Both the position numbers and the translations under genes were made by a program. Of a stretch of 64,000 bases of DNA, positions 12,801-25,061 are shown piece after piece. Origin of the DNA: Phoronis australis (taxonomy: Eukaryota; Animalia; Phoronida); contig NMRA01000030.1 of NCBI GenBank assembly GCA_002633005.1, positions 463,601-527,600 on the forward strand, in the 5' to 3' direction. The stretch's first letter is position 1, and the number at the start of each line of letters is the position of its first letter. The notes beneath the pieces were generated by a model. That model did no database searches and was not told the origin of the DNA. It saw nothing but the letters and a program-made list of their open reading frames with translations.

Positions 12801-15697
12801 TTATGCGCCTCACAAAACTGAAAGTCCTGCGTCCAGAACGTGAATTGGTTAAAATATTTTAGTTTTAATTTTGTAGTGATTTAACACAAAACCTCAAAGT
12901 TTGTCTATACTCATAGACTAGGTTAACCTTACTATAAATAATCAATTTTTAAAATGTTATTACAGTGTTATTACAGATGCACATGAGTTTTTATGATCAA
13001 CATATGTACCGATGATAAAAAATGTGCATAATAAGCTTGACATCACATATTATAAGACTGAGGATGGCAAAAGGTCATTTATTATAACAAAATATAAGTA
13101 CAAAGAATAAGAATTAAAATAAATATAATAGGAAAAATAATCTCCGAAAAAAAATGGTCAATAAAAAGCGTGGGTCATTAGCTTGATATCAGACATGATA
13201 AAATAATCTCGGAAAAAATTGTCAATAAAAAGCGCCACATTAGAGATGGTGTAAGGCAGGTCATGCCCACTACAGAACAAATTTTTATTCCTAATTTTGC
13301 CAATAATGAATTTTTGTCAACCGCACAAAATGATGTCTTTTGAATAAAGTTTTGAAGGCAAAGCCATGTTAGAACCAAACAACAGGTCTAACAAGCATAA
13401 AACTATCACTGATCACTGTTTGGGGGGTTGCCAAGCTCAAAATTGTGAATTTATAAAGTAATTAACCTTTTAAGTAAGGGATTATTTTCTTCACACTTGC
13501 CTTATGATAATGAGGTAACTGAGGTCACTTCAGGTCGTTAAGTAAGCACCACTCTCATTTGTTAATGTCTCGCTAATAAGGTTTACACTAGCCAATAAAA
13601 AGCAGGGTCACATACAGACTTACAATTGTGTGTCTGCTTCCAGGGAAGCAACTTGTCATTGATGTGATTACTTGTTTAAATTGGCCATTATTTAAATTGA
13701 TTACATATGTATTTTGTTAAAATGTCTAAGCCCTTGATATAATCGAACTTTGCAGTGTTAAATGTAGGACGGTGTCTATATTTATTCAAAATTCTCCACT
13801 CTGACGAAGCTGCCTAAGGCAGTCTGAGTGGCTGTTGCATTCGATTTACTTGACTGTGTAGGGTTTACACTGAGATTTATCAGTTAACTGATGTTTTCTG
13901 ATTTCAATGCACTCACACATTGATATTTGGTCACATGACAATGTGTACATCAAATAATCATTAGTATTCTGTGATGACGGCACCTTAAAGTAAAATGCTA
14001 TTCCTATACCTATTTGGTGGTGTCTGACTAGGTTGAAAGATTTGTCTCAGCAGTTGGTTGGCAGGATCCTTCTAACAATATTGGACGAAGGAGACGTGTT
14101 TATTGTGCAAGTGAAATCTTATCCAGCAGTAACAATGGCCATCAGAACAAAAGAGGTTGTGAAAAACACAAGAATGCTATGTGGCGGACTAGTGTGTGCA
14201 TGATGCCAAAGTTACAAATAATTTTACCCTCGTAGCATTGTGGAAGAACAAGAGTGGAAGAACAAGAATGAATCCGTAAACCTACTGCAAAATTTCCCTA
14301 CACAGGTGAAATAATATATTCTATGGAAATACTGGAAAATGCAACAATACCGAATACAAGACTATAAGGCTGTTTTTGACTTTTAAGGACAGCATTTCTT
14401 CGGATATAAGGCCAGTCGGCAGTTTGCTTTTCCTTGTTTTCTACCAATTAGCCATGACCTGTACTATCACAATTAACAAAGTATTGACTTACAAAAAAAT
14501 TCCATGAAAATTTAGGATTAAATAAAACAAAACAGCACAAGTTGCATGTTGCAAAGGTTAAAATAGATTGCATAGGTTGAAATAATGTTTCCTTAGACAA
14601 TTCAAAGTTGGATGGCCTTTCATTCAAATACAAGATCCATGATGGCAGGAATGTATGGTAAGCACTTAACAAGTTGGAAGTTCTTGAATGTGTTATGTAT
14701 GACAGACATGACAAGTGAAATCAGCTGTACTTGGGCTTTACATTTTTACAAAGTTCTCCATTTCAACCAAGTATGTTGGGAATTTGTGAGCCAGGTAATT
14801 CATTTACACTAGAGGCACATGTAACCCAATTTGGGCTCTTGGAGGGGGTAACTAGTCCACACTGTGGCTTAGAATTTTGGAACAGCCGTAAATCATGGGT
14901 GTCACTCACACACAATAGGCCTTTTGAAATTGACATGCAAGGTCAGTGAATGTAGTTCTCGTTGCTATGCAACCTCCCAGTAGGCCTATGTAAGTAAACA
15001 CAGCTCAACAAAGGTTTTATGGGTCTGGCAGAGAAGATAATTGTTTAATTACGCCCTCATGGCTTTTGAATAGGGGAGCCCAAGTCAGGAATGCATCTCT
15101 CTACCTGAAAGTGAAATTATTCTCAAGGACACCATAATTACCAAATCCCGAAAAAGAAAGTACTAAAACTGAAAAACAAAAGTATTATGATTATTACTAT
15201 AATTCATAAGTTCTTAGATGAAGTGCAAATGATGCAGCTATTCACGTTAATGGGTTTGGAAAAACAAAAGTCAATATGAATACTTTGGGGAGATGGAAAA
15301 AACATTTTTATGCCAAATTCTTTCATACTTTTTCTCAAAATTCAACCATTTTGATTTTGCACTTAATGGAACTGTTTCTACCATCGCAACAGAGCTATTA
15401 AAAATTCTTGTTTGCCAAATCTCTTAGGAAACGTTATCGTTACACTTCACAACTACAATCATACCAACTCACTATTTATGTTTTCACTTTCCTAGAATCA
15501 TCAATAAAAATAAATGCCCTCTTCAGTTCTAGAAAACATAAATATCCAGACACTCTTTCACAGTGCTACGAAAGGTAGCACTGTAATGTTGTTTATCATG
15601 GCTTCTCATTGGTTAAAGTAATGAAACTAACGTCACAACATTCAGTCATTCCCATTGGTTAAAATCTGGGAGACCCCTTTTAGTTTACTGTTACGTA

Positions 15698-17432
15698 TGG
15701 TAAAGTCGCGCGATTTTCAGACGGCCCGCCATTTTGGGACAAGAATAAATATTTCCGAAATGAGTTTTTCATAGTCCACGAAATTCGTACAAGGTCCGCA
15801 AACTGTTTTTCAATGATCCTCGAATTTCGGACAATGTCATAAACATCGGATTTCTGTCCTGCGGCTTTTGGACAAGAAACATTTTAGAAACGCTAAAATT
15901 AGTAGTGACTGAGGGAAAGTTGCGCAAAATTGGTGATGACCGTGGACGGCGTTGAACTGGTAACAATCAGAGGAAACGGCCCAGTTATCTTACACTCAGA
16001 TTATCAGAAAATGTTAACGATTATCAGTTTCATTTCATCCACAAACAGATTTCACAAGAGTTTTCACTGTCACCAGTTAAGCCTTTGGTTAAAAACGTAA
16101 GCGAACCCTGATGACTGTTAGATCACCTGAGTTGCATGAAGACGCGTGTATCACTGAGTTGACATTGGGCGTTTCAAAGGCTGTGGATGAGAAAAGTTGC
16201 AATTGTAAAAAACGGTTGGGTGAATTTGATGTTGGTAGCATTTGAAATTGCATTCACTTTCTAGGCAAGGCCCTTCTATATACAATATGTTAGTCAATGG
16301 TGCTCTTCAGCCGCGCAGCACTGTACGAGTCGACACATTCCTATCGTTTGCAGTAGGCCGAAACATGTAGAACAGTGGTCCCGAGTCCAATGCACTTCTT
16401 TAACAATTCAGATGACTACCAGAGTGACAGAGGGATCACGAGTTGATGAGAAACTAGTCATTTTACTATCGTGATTGTCTTTGCAATCTATTTTGGATAA
16501 TTGTTCATTCGACGTGTTCATGTTGAAACTGAGCTTTCAGTTAATATGGAAATAAAGGTGTCAGAGTTAACTTGCGTTTCGGTTTGTAACTGGCAGACGC
16601 ACGGATGCTTTTAACAAATATAAATATATAGCCTGTTCACGTCATTGTTTATCACTTTCTTCACTGCACTCGTTCCCACAACCATTACTGTTACGTTTCA
16701 ACGCAAAATTTGTTAAAATTGAGAAAGCACGTTTTGATGGTCAGGAATCCTCTTTGTGGGTCGAATACGCAAGTCCAGCTTTTTATTGGGAAACCACATT
16801 GAAAAAAGCGCTTATAGGAGCGATCTTTGTGCATTGACAACGCAAACTCGACATTTTTATTGAGAAAGATGCATTTTTACAAAAGAGAATCAGTTGTCTG
16901 GAACATTTCATGTGTGTCAACAACGCAAACCAGACCCAGTCTTTGGAAAGCCCATATTTGTCACCAGGAACACTCTTTTTTTCACAACGCATCCCGATAT
17001 TTCAAATGAGATAGCGTATTTTTGAAAGAAATTCCAACACGGCCAAGAAAGGTTTTTGAGCATCGGCAATGCAAGCCGAATATTTCTTATTGAGATTACA
17101 AAACGCATTTTCGAAAAGAAGAACCAACACTTTTCGGGAATGTTGTTTGTGCGTCGATAACGCACATTTCTTATTGGGAAAGCCAGTTTTTCAAAAATTA
17201 ATGGAGCATCAATTATATTGCTATCAAATGACCGAGCCAGCAATGTTGATACTGCGACTGCTCATCAAAATAATGTACACCCACGAAATTCGGACACGAG
17301 CGGAAACCCAAATATGGAGGTCCGACAAATTCGGACACCACAAAAATGATGTTTCGCGAGATTCATCCAAGAATGAATTTATTCTATTGGAATTAATTTT
17401 GAGTGTCCGGCGAAAATCGCGCGACTTTACCG
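15698..17432. mobile_element. Non-autonomous Tc1/mariner(pogo)-type DNA transposon
   Basis: TIRs ggtaaagtcgcgcgattttc / gaaaatcgcgcgactttaccg with TA on both flanks; subterminal cgaa(a/t)ttcggac repeats; no intact transposase ORF. Confidence 0.75.
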
Positions 17433-18359
17433 TAGTATGGCGACCACCTTTGACTTGAATAGTGGTTGCAATTTATTAAAACCGGCAGTGATCGAAATAA
17501 CAAAATCAAGGGAACCCCGATCCCGTGGCTAAACCCAAACAAGTACAGTGCATTGAAGGTGATTTCAAGTAGCAGGGATGTGATTGATAAATTTCCCACC
17601 AAGCATGCGCATTGTTGCCCACACATGGAATTCCGTGTGTTTTTCATCACGTTTCCACACTGGGCCACTTTTCAGTACATGTGGTGCTGTGTCAGAGGGT
17701 AAAATATCCATTGCCACTTGCTGGATTTTCAAGATATTACAGGAAGAAAACTTTAGATACTTACGCACTATGCAATGACTCAAGCCTCTTCTTCTGCAAC
17801 TATGTCTGAGGTGAACCATGTACACATTACACTACTGCACATTACGTACAGTTAAAAGCACTGAGTAATGAACCAATAACTACTACTTAAACTCATTACA
17901 GTCATCAACTTGTTTAGCTTTATGACGGTAACTAAACATGAACATTTATAATACTCACTTTAATATGGCCACCTCCCCAATCCAATGCCATCTTAATCAG
18001 TTGGAGTTTCTTGTCTCACAGGGTATTTCGCCATCAGAAGAAGATCCAGGAAAGTAAGACCCAGTCGGTCAGTCGCTGAAATAGATGAATTCAAACCCCC
18101 CAAATTTGTTCATTGCTGAACTCACTCCCCTTCATTTATGCACTTTCCTAATGTGCTACTCTAAGGTATGGGCCAGCTTGCTTAGCCGACTTAATATTAC
18201 CCTTAGTGACTGTGGGCCAGTGACCTTATCTGACTATCAAATGAATCAGGACTGAAGGACAGGTGACGACTTATGCACACAAACAAGTCATGTGATGACC
18301 TGTTAAGCATTAGGTAGCAGTATATTTGCCCTATTTATCTGGCTAAAAAAATGAAGATC

Positions 18360-19364
18360 GCATTGGGCTTTTTACACTCATAAAATTGGCCACTTAAAGG
18401 TGTTGTCAATGTCCCGAAATGGAAAGGCGTCGTCGTCTTCGTAACAGTCAGATCCATCGGAAGTCATGATCATCTGTTGTCACAATCATGAGAAAACACT
18501 TGAAACATATTTCACAAAGATCCTGCAAAGGCTTGGGGAGATATAGTCATGGACACAAAAACAAAATCGCCATTAAGGGTGCCACAGCAGTCGAACCGCC
18601 ATCTGAAAATCCATGTAAGTCGCGGTTTTCTAATAAGGAACACATCTGTAATTTTCATAATAATCCTTGGCGTGGCTTGGCAAATAAAGAGGCGGATGGC
18701 AAAAAATGGATTAAAAAATAATGACCACAAGGTGGTGCAAAATAAGTTGAATCTGTCAGGCATAATTGTCTCCTTAAATAGAAAAGCTGATAAATTTCAT
18801 GAAAATCCAATGATCAACTCCAAGATAAAGGGGCAAATGCTTAAAAACTAATTTGGCACTAGAGGACACAGCAGCATTTGGATTGGTCTGAACCTCAGTT
18901 GCATAGAAATGCTACCAAATTGGGCCACACCTCCGTCAAAGGGTTAAGGAGATTTGGCAGCAGACACAAACAATTGGCCCCAAGAGGGCGACACAGTAGA
19001 CAAACCTGTCGTGACCTCATCAGGAACATTTTTATAATGAACCTTGGAAGATAGAGGTAGATGCCAAAAACAGACTGAAAAATAACAAAAATGGCCACAA
19101 GGCGCTGTAAAATATTCATAATTCATCCAACAATGAAATGCCAAATTCCATGAAAATCTATCAAGGAGCTCTAAGACAGTTTACAGAGGCAAACATAAAA
19201 AATAAAATTTCTGATAGGGGCAGAGAAGTTATCAGATTGGTCCGATATTTGTTGTCATTTATTGTCAGCGAAATGTAATCAAAATTCTGTAAGAGATTCA
19301 GAAGATACGGCTGCTACGAATGATGCATGACATCAATATGCACTCACATGTGGGCACTTAAAAA
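18360..19364 (-). mobile_element. Decayed HINE-like (Helentron-associated) element, family 1
   Basis: Degenerate ~150-bp gccac(t/a)ag modules and a terminal atgcactcacatgtgggcacttaaaaa hairpin, as in the intact copies; left edge approximate. Confidence 0.65.
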
Positions 19365-19904
19365 TGTAACTTAGTGAGCAACATGTCCCTGGAGCAAAAA
19401 ACCTTCCTTAGCAGTCACATTCACAAAAAGTGTTTTTGACATCTGTCACTGTCATAAAATGAAAAGAAGACCAACTAAGCTCAGTGACCCCAAGAATGTC
19501 AATGAAGATCAAACGAGCTCTGTGACAACAAGAATGTCACTGAAGAAATTCATAAGAAGACAGATTGTGAGTACTTTTGTTTTTTAAGTTATTTCCATTT
19601 TCTCTAAAGGCAATTTATTCAACGTAAGTGAACACAGATGCACACAATTTGCATCAGACCACACTTCAACACTTTCACATACTTTTATTGATTTTTTATG
19701 TTTCAAGTAAAAACCTCAGGAGAGAAAGACCAATGCTAATATTGACAAAATCTTCTCACATACACAGCCTGTCATTTTCAATTAACGGACTACACTACTG
19801 GGACTGTTGTCGCCTACATGCAATGGGATTAACTGGTCTGCAATAAACTAATAACAGTTATCAAAAAATTATAATATGTTCAAGATGGCTGTAATTTATA
19901 TTTA

Positions 19905-20330
19905 AATGGACAGTGATGTTGGTAATAGTGTAACAGTTGAGGCTTGGGTGGTAGTGATGATGGTAGTTGGGTGGTCCAACAACCATGGTGGTATTGGGGG
20001 TGGTGACGATGAACGTGGTACGATGGTTGTAATTGTTGGTTGTGGTTGAGCAGTTACAACTGTGGTAACAAGCTGTTGGTGACAATGATAGTGGTGGTGA
20101 GAGGGTGACAGGGGTAGAATGGAGGTGGTGCTGATTGGTAGGGTGGTGATGCTGATGGTAAGGTGGTGGTGTCAATTGATATCTGGCGGTGCTGATGGTA
20201 GGGTGATGGTGCTGATGGTAGGGCAGTGGTGCTGATAGGGTGGTGGTACTGATGGTATTGCAGTGGTACTGATGGTATGTGGTGGTGCTGATGGTAGGGT
20301 GGTGGTGTCAATGGTAGGTTGGTGGTGAAC
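19905..20330. repeat. TGG-rich low-complexity / ggtggtgctgatggtag minisatellite
   Basis: Seen directly; it generates the spurious Pro/His/Thr-rich ORFs. Confidence 0.88.
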
Positions 20331-20333
20331 TTT

Positions 20334-20690
20334 AAGGGGCAATGAGTAGATCCATCCGGATATCACATCAGCCATGCAGCCAGTCTTGTCAATACAGACT
20401 AGTGAACTATAAGGGGCAATGAGTGGATCCATCCGGATATCACATCTGCCATGCAGCCAATCTTGTCAATACAGACCAGTGAACTAGGGGCTAGAGTGGA
20501 TCCATTTGGATATCACATCAGCCATGAGCCAGTCTTGTCAATACAGACAAGTGAACTATAAGGGGCAATGGAGTGGATCCATCCAGAATCACATCAGCCA
20601 TGCAGCCAGTCTTGTCAATACAAATCAATGAACTACAAGGGGCAACGGAGTGGATCCATCTGGTTATCACATCAGCCATGCAGCCAATAG
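20334..20690. repeat. About 77-bp tandem repeat, about 4.5 copies
   Basis: Unit aaggggcaatgagtggatccatccggatatcacatcagccatgcagccagtcttgtcaatacagactagtgaactat. Confidence 0.92.
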
Positions 20691-21327
20691 ACTACCATTT
20701 AAATTTTATGATAATCTTTCTAACCAGACACAAAAATACCAACATTGCCAATAGCTGGCACAGCAGTTGTGAATTTGTTCTGCAATTTATGAGAAAGCAC
20801 ATAGTCTTCTTGATAGCAACACATCTAGTAACATGAAGTTTCATCAAGTGACTTGGTAGCTGATATAGAGGTTTATTGTTACTAGGGGGCACAGCAGTAA
20901 TCAGATTTGCTCGAAACTTATTCTCATCTCTTGTGACCTTAAAACAAACACACATACCAAATGAAGACCCTGCACAGGGCTTAGGAGATACAGCATCGGA
21001 CACCAGACCCTGCACAGGACTTAGGAGATATATCGGACAGCAGATGCCCGCAAGTAATGCACTCATATAGGTATATCTTGAAGCTTGGAAATGGCATGAT
21101 TTGAAATGACATATCCCTGAGCAGATTCAGCACTCAGTTACATGTCCACTTACCATACATAATTGACATGATAAGACAAAAATAGCTTCACTGTAATTGC
21201 ACGTCAATTAATTTTACCTGCTAAGTATTCACAAAATGTCATGTCATGAACAATGGAAGATAATTAGACATGTAACCGTGCTGCCAACAGGTGCTGGAGC
21301 ACAGACATCCTTGTGATCTACAAATCC

Positions 21328-22362
21328 TTTTTACTTGGTGGAATTCTTCGAATTCCGACATTGTAATTGCTTTGCCATCAAGTTTGTTTTTTGTTTGTTT
21401 CCACTCTACAGGTCGCAATTTTCATCCAATTTGCACGAAATTCACACACGACTTGTAGATTGGGAAGTCCTGGAAGCCTATTGTTTATGGTCACGATCGG
21501 ATTTAAAATGGCGGACGTGGTGGCCATTTTGTTTCCAGTTTCAGATTCAAATGCTCATAGACTCGAGAGGCCACATTTTCCGACGTACAGGGCTGAAAAG
21601 TTGGGTACGATTATTATAGCACACAAGTTACAACTACGCCAAAAATCGTTAGCTTCCGGTCAAAGATGGCGCACCTCGATATCTGGCCGAAAACGTTTTC
21701 TCCTGTAGAGGGCGCATTGGCGAACCAATCATTTTCAAACTCATCACGTGCTTGTTTCTTATGAGTGGCAATTATAAAATTTTGTTTAACCGGAAGTCAC
21801 TTTCAAGATGGCGGCTCTAACGCATTTTCAACCATTTTGGATCGTGCAGTCGCATTTTGAATGGGAAGAGCAAATGACGTGAATTTTTGCATGTGGATTC
21901 CTTGAAGTATATTCTTTCAAAAGTTCTGGGATAACATTTTTCTCAGACTTACTGTTTTTGAGTTACGGGTATTTGACGTTTAATTTCAAAAAATTGCAAA
22001 ATTTGAAATTTTCAAAAAATTTTACAAATTTTTTAAAACTATACCAGGAGATAGAATTTTGAACGGGCTTTCAGAAAATATTTTCCATTTTTGGCTAGGA
22101 CGTCTACTTTTTTAATTATTTGATATTTTCTGATAGCGCTGTTCCTTTGTTGACCGGTCTTGCTGCAGTAATGGTCTAGCGTGTATTGAACAAGGCAGTA
22201 GCCTATTTCTTACTCAGGATTTCTGACATCTTCGCTAGTCATATAAATGTTATCGTGTTGTTCATAATCGCTGCCTTCATTGTCACGATCGTCGTCGTCC
22301 TCCCCATCGTCGTCTTTTCGGTTAATTTCGCCAAGTGTCGCTCCTCCAAGCGCTCTCGTAAT
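21328..22362 (+). mobile_element. HINE-like element, family 2
   Basis: T-run start, subterminal IR acttggtggaatt / aatttcgccaagt, 5' hairpin ggaattcttcgaattcc. A decayed relative lies at about 30490-31500. Confidence 0.65.
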
Positions 22363-22445
22363 TTTTAGATTACATATTACCAAGAACATTGAAACTATCC
22401 GCGATTCAATGTTTACTGGGGTTGGCCAACATTAAAATTGTGAAT

Positions 22446-22945
22446 TTGAAAATGATGCATGATACATTGTCAGTGATGCTCACTTGGAAATGGTGCATGA
22501 CGCATTGTAGGGGCGGATCCAGGATACTGAATGGGGGGCCACGGCAGAAAATTAGCCACGATTTTGCCCTTCAGACATTCGCAAACCCGTACTGCCAAAT
22601 GGAATCTGGGAGAATTTTAGGGGGGGCATGCCCCCTTGGCCCAAACTTAAATCCGCCACTGCACTGTCAGTGATGTTCATTTTGAAATTGTGTGAGGCAT
22701 TGTCAGTGTCGCTCATTTAAAAATAGTGCATGACGCATTGTCAGTGATGTCCATTTGAAAATGGTGCATGATGCATTGTCAGTGATGTTCATTTGAAAAT
22801 GGTGCATGATGCATTGTCAGTGATGTTCATTTGAAAATGGTGCATGACGCATTGTCAGTGATGTTCATTTGAAAATGGTGCATGAGGCATTGTCAGTGAT
22901 GTTCATTTGAAAATAGTGCATGACGCATTGTCAGTGATGTTCACC
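22446..22945. repeat. 38-bp minisatellite (gaaaatggtgcatgatgcattgtcagtgatgttcattt), interrupted by a MITE
   Basis: About 9 units; the array resumes in register after the 22508-22661 insertion. Confidence 0.92.
22508..22661. mobile_element. GC-rich MITE (taggggcggatcc...aatccgccactg) with an apparent 5-bp TSD
   Basis: TIR pair seen; cattg/cactg duplication relative to the empty satellite unit. A relative lies at about 51860-52212. Confidence 0.75.
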
Positions 22946-23513
22946 TCAAAAGTTAAGGTGAAATGTCAACAAATTATATCATATGGCGGAACAGTTTAAT
23001 TTTATTTCATCAAACTTTTCAGCAAAAGGAAACAAGAAAATAATTTTGCTTGAAAATTTTATATAGTTACGCCCATTATCAACAAACCCACGTCGACATT
23101 ATGATCATGTTTGGCAACAAAGAGAGCATTTTTTGACAATTTTGGCCATTACTTTTACTTGAATTTGACAAAACTTTACTGTATTTATTTGTTAACAGGA
23201 TAAACATTTTGCATAACAAATGAGAAATGGTCACTTTGACTTGAATTGCACATGGCAACACAGTGAAATATATTCAGTGCAACTTACATGGAAATCACTG
23301 ACAATCTGTGATTCCTTCGCCAAAGCAGTTAGAAATACAATTCACTGTTATATTATATCAATATTACGTGGCATGAAAGTTGCTAAAAGTTGGCAAAAAT
23401 GATTTCAATTCATTTCTTAATAACTGGTTCAGAACAGAGAACATCAGCCAAGGCGTAGTGTGGCTGACAAAATGAAAATAACTGACCCATGTCTTCAAAG
23501 GTCTGCAACCAGG

Positions 23514-25061
23514 AACAAGAGCAACGCAGAGCGTTGAAATGCGCCCACAATTGCACCGCATACGGTATCCTTCTAGGGTTGTTTGTTGGTACCATAAAGT
23601 GGCCAGTAGAGGGCATATATGTAGAATGTTGTACTTTGCAAAATGGAAAGGCATGGTCATTGTCTCCTCAATAGGCTAGGAGCAAAACGTGAGTAATCTT
23701 CATAATACAAGCACATCCTATACACCAGTTGCTTAAAGCACCACAGAAACATAGAATTAAAAACAAATTTACCAACATACGAGATTAGCACAGCATTAGA
23801 ATGCCAGAAACAAATTTCTACTTGGAACTTTTCCTTCACAGTCACGAAGTAACACAAAGTATACACCTGAAGACCTATGAAAATACAGAGGTCAATGTAA
23901 AATACTAAAATTGCCACTAGAGGCAAATACTAAAATTGCCACTAGAGGCATACCGGTAATCAGAATCATCCTAAAGTCGTCATCGTCCGTTGTCAACATC
24001 ACATAAATACACTTGCTAAATTTAGTAAAGATCCTGCAAACGGTTTGGGAGATACAGCCATGGGCGCAAAAAAACAAAACTGCCACTAGGAGGCGCCACA
24101 GTAGTCCAAATCGTCTGAAAATCATTGTCAGCTGTCTTCCTTATAGTAAGCACATACACGCCAATTTTCACAATCATCCTTTGAGCGGTTTGGTTGATAG
24201 AGGGGTGGACGCAAAAATACAGACTCGAAAACAGTAAAAATGGCCACTAGGTGGCGTAAACTATGTCGAATCCATCTGAAAACAGGAGGATAGCGTCATC
24301 TCACTAATAGGTGCCTACATACTAAATTTCATGAAAATCTGTTAAGGACTTTTGAAGATACAAAGGTAAGCGTAAAAAACTAAAATTGCCACTAGGGGGC
24401 ACACCGGTAGTCGGATCCGTCTAAAAGTCGTCATCTTTCATTGTTAACATCATATGAATATACTTACTCAATTTCGTAAAGATCCTGTGAACGGTTTAGG
24501 AGATACAGCCATAGGCGCAAAAAAAACAAAACTGCCACTAGGAGGCCCCACAGTAGTCGAAATCGTCAGAAAATCATCGTCAACCGTCCTCTACATAGTA
24601 AGCATATACATGCCAATTTTCACAATCATCCTTTGAGCGGTTTGGTTGATAGAGGGGTGTACGCACAAAAACAGACTCGAAAACACTAAAAATGGCCACT
24701 AGGTGGCGCAAACTATGTCAAAACCATCTGAAAACAGCAGGATAGCGTCATCTCACTACTAGGTGCCTACATACCAAATTTCATGAAAATCCGTTCAGGA
24801 CTTTTGAAGATACAAAGGTAAGCGTAAAAAACTAAAATTGCCACTAGGGGGCACACCGGTAGTCGGATCCGTCCGAAAGTTCGCACATGCCGCCCCATTC
24901 ATGAATGGAACATATCTGCCAAATTTCATGAACGTATGTCAAAGGGTTTTGGAGATAGAGCAGCGGACGCCGGCCGCCAGACGCCGGACGGACGCCGCCC
25001 GAACGGACGGACAGAGATGACGGCATAATGCGTCACATATAAATATGTGGGCGCATAAAAA
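23514..25061 (-). mobile_element. HINE/DINE-1-like Helentron-associated element, family 1 (intact ends)
   Basis: Minus strand: T-run, 5' subTIR/stem-loop atgcgcccacatat...atgtgacgcat, (gtcc)-type microsatellite, internal ~150-bp modules, 3' subTIR gtgggcgcat, hairpin caacgctctgcgttg, then ctcttgtt. Confidence 0.85.

Noticed and set aside
18022-18053. Micro-exon-like cacag...gtaaga on the + strand
   Set aside because: Isolated 32 nt with no supporting frame or homology; expected by chance.
19459-19566. ATG-started 36-codon frame ending in a gtgagt donor on the + strand
   Set aside because: It is built on a 38-bp duplication, has no recognisable similarity and has no partner exon.
19861-20432. 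His/Pro/Thr-rich ORFs
   Set aside because: Low-complexity TGG repeat.
22446-22945. CRISPR-like regular repeats (also 5680-6030, 34523-36060)
   Set aside because: Head-to-tail units without unique spacers, no cas genes, eukaryotic context.
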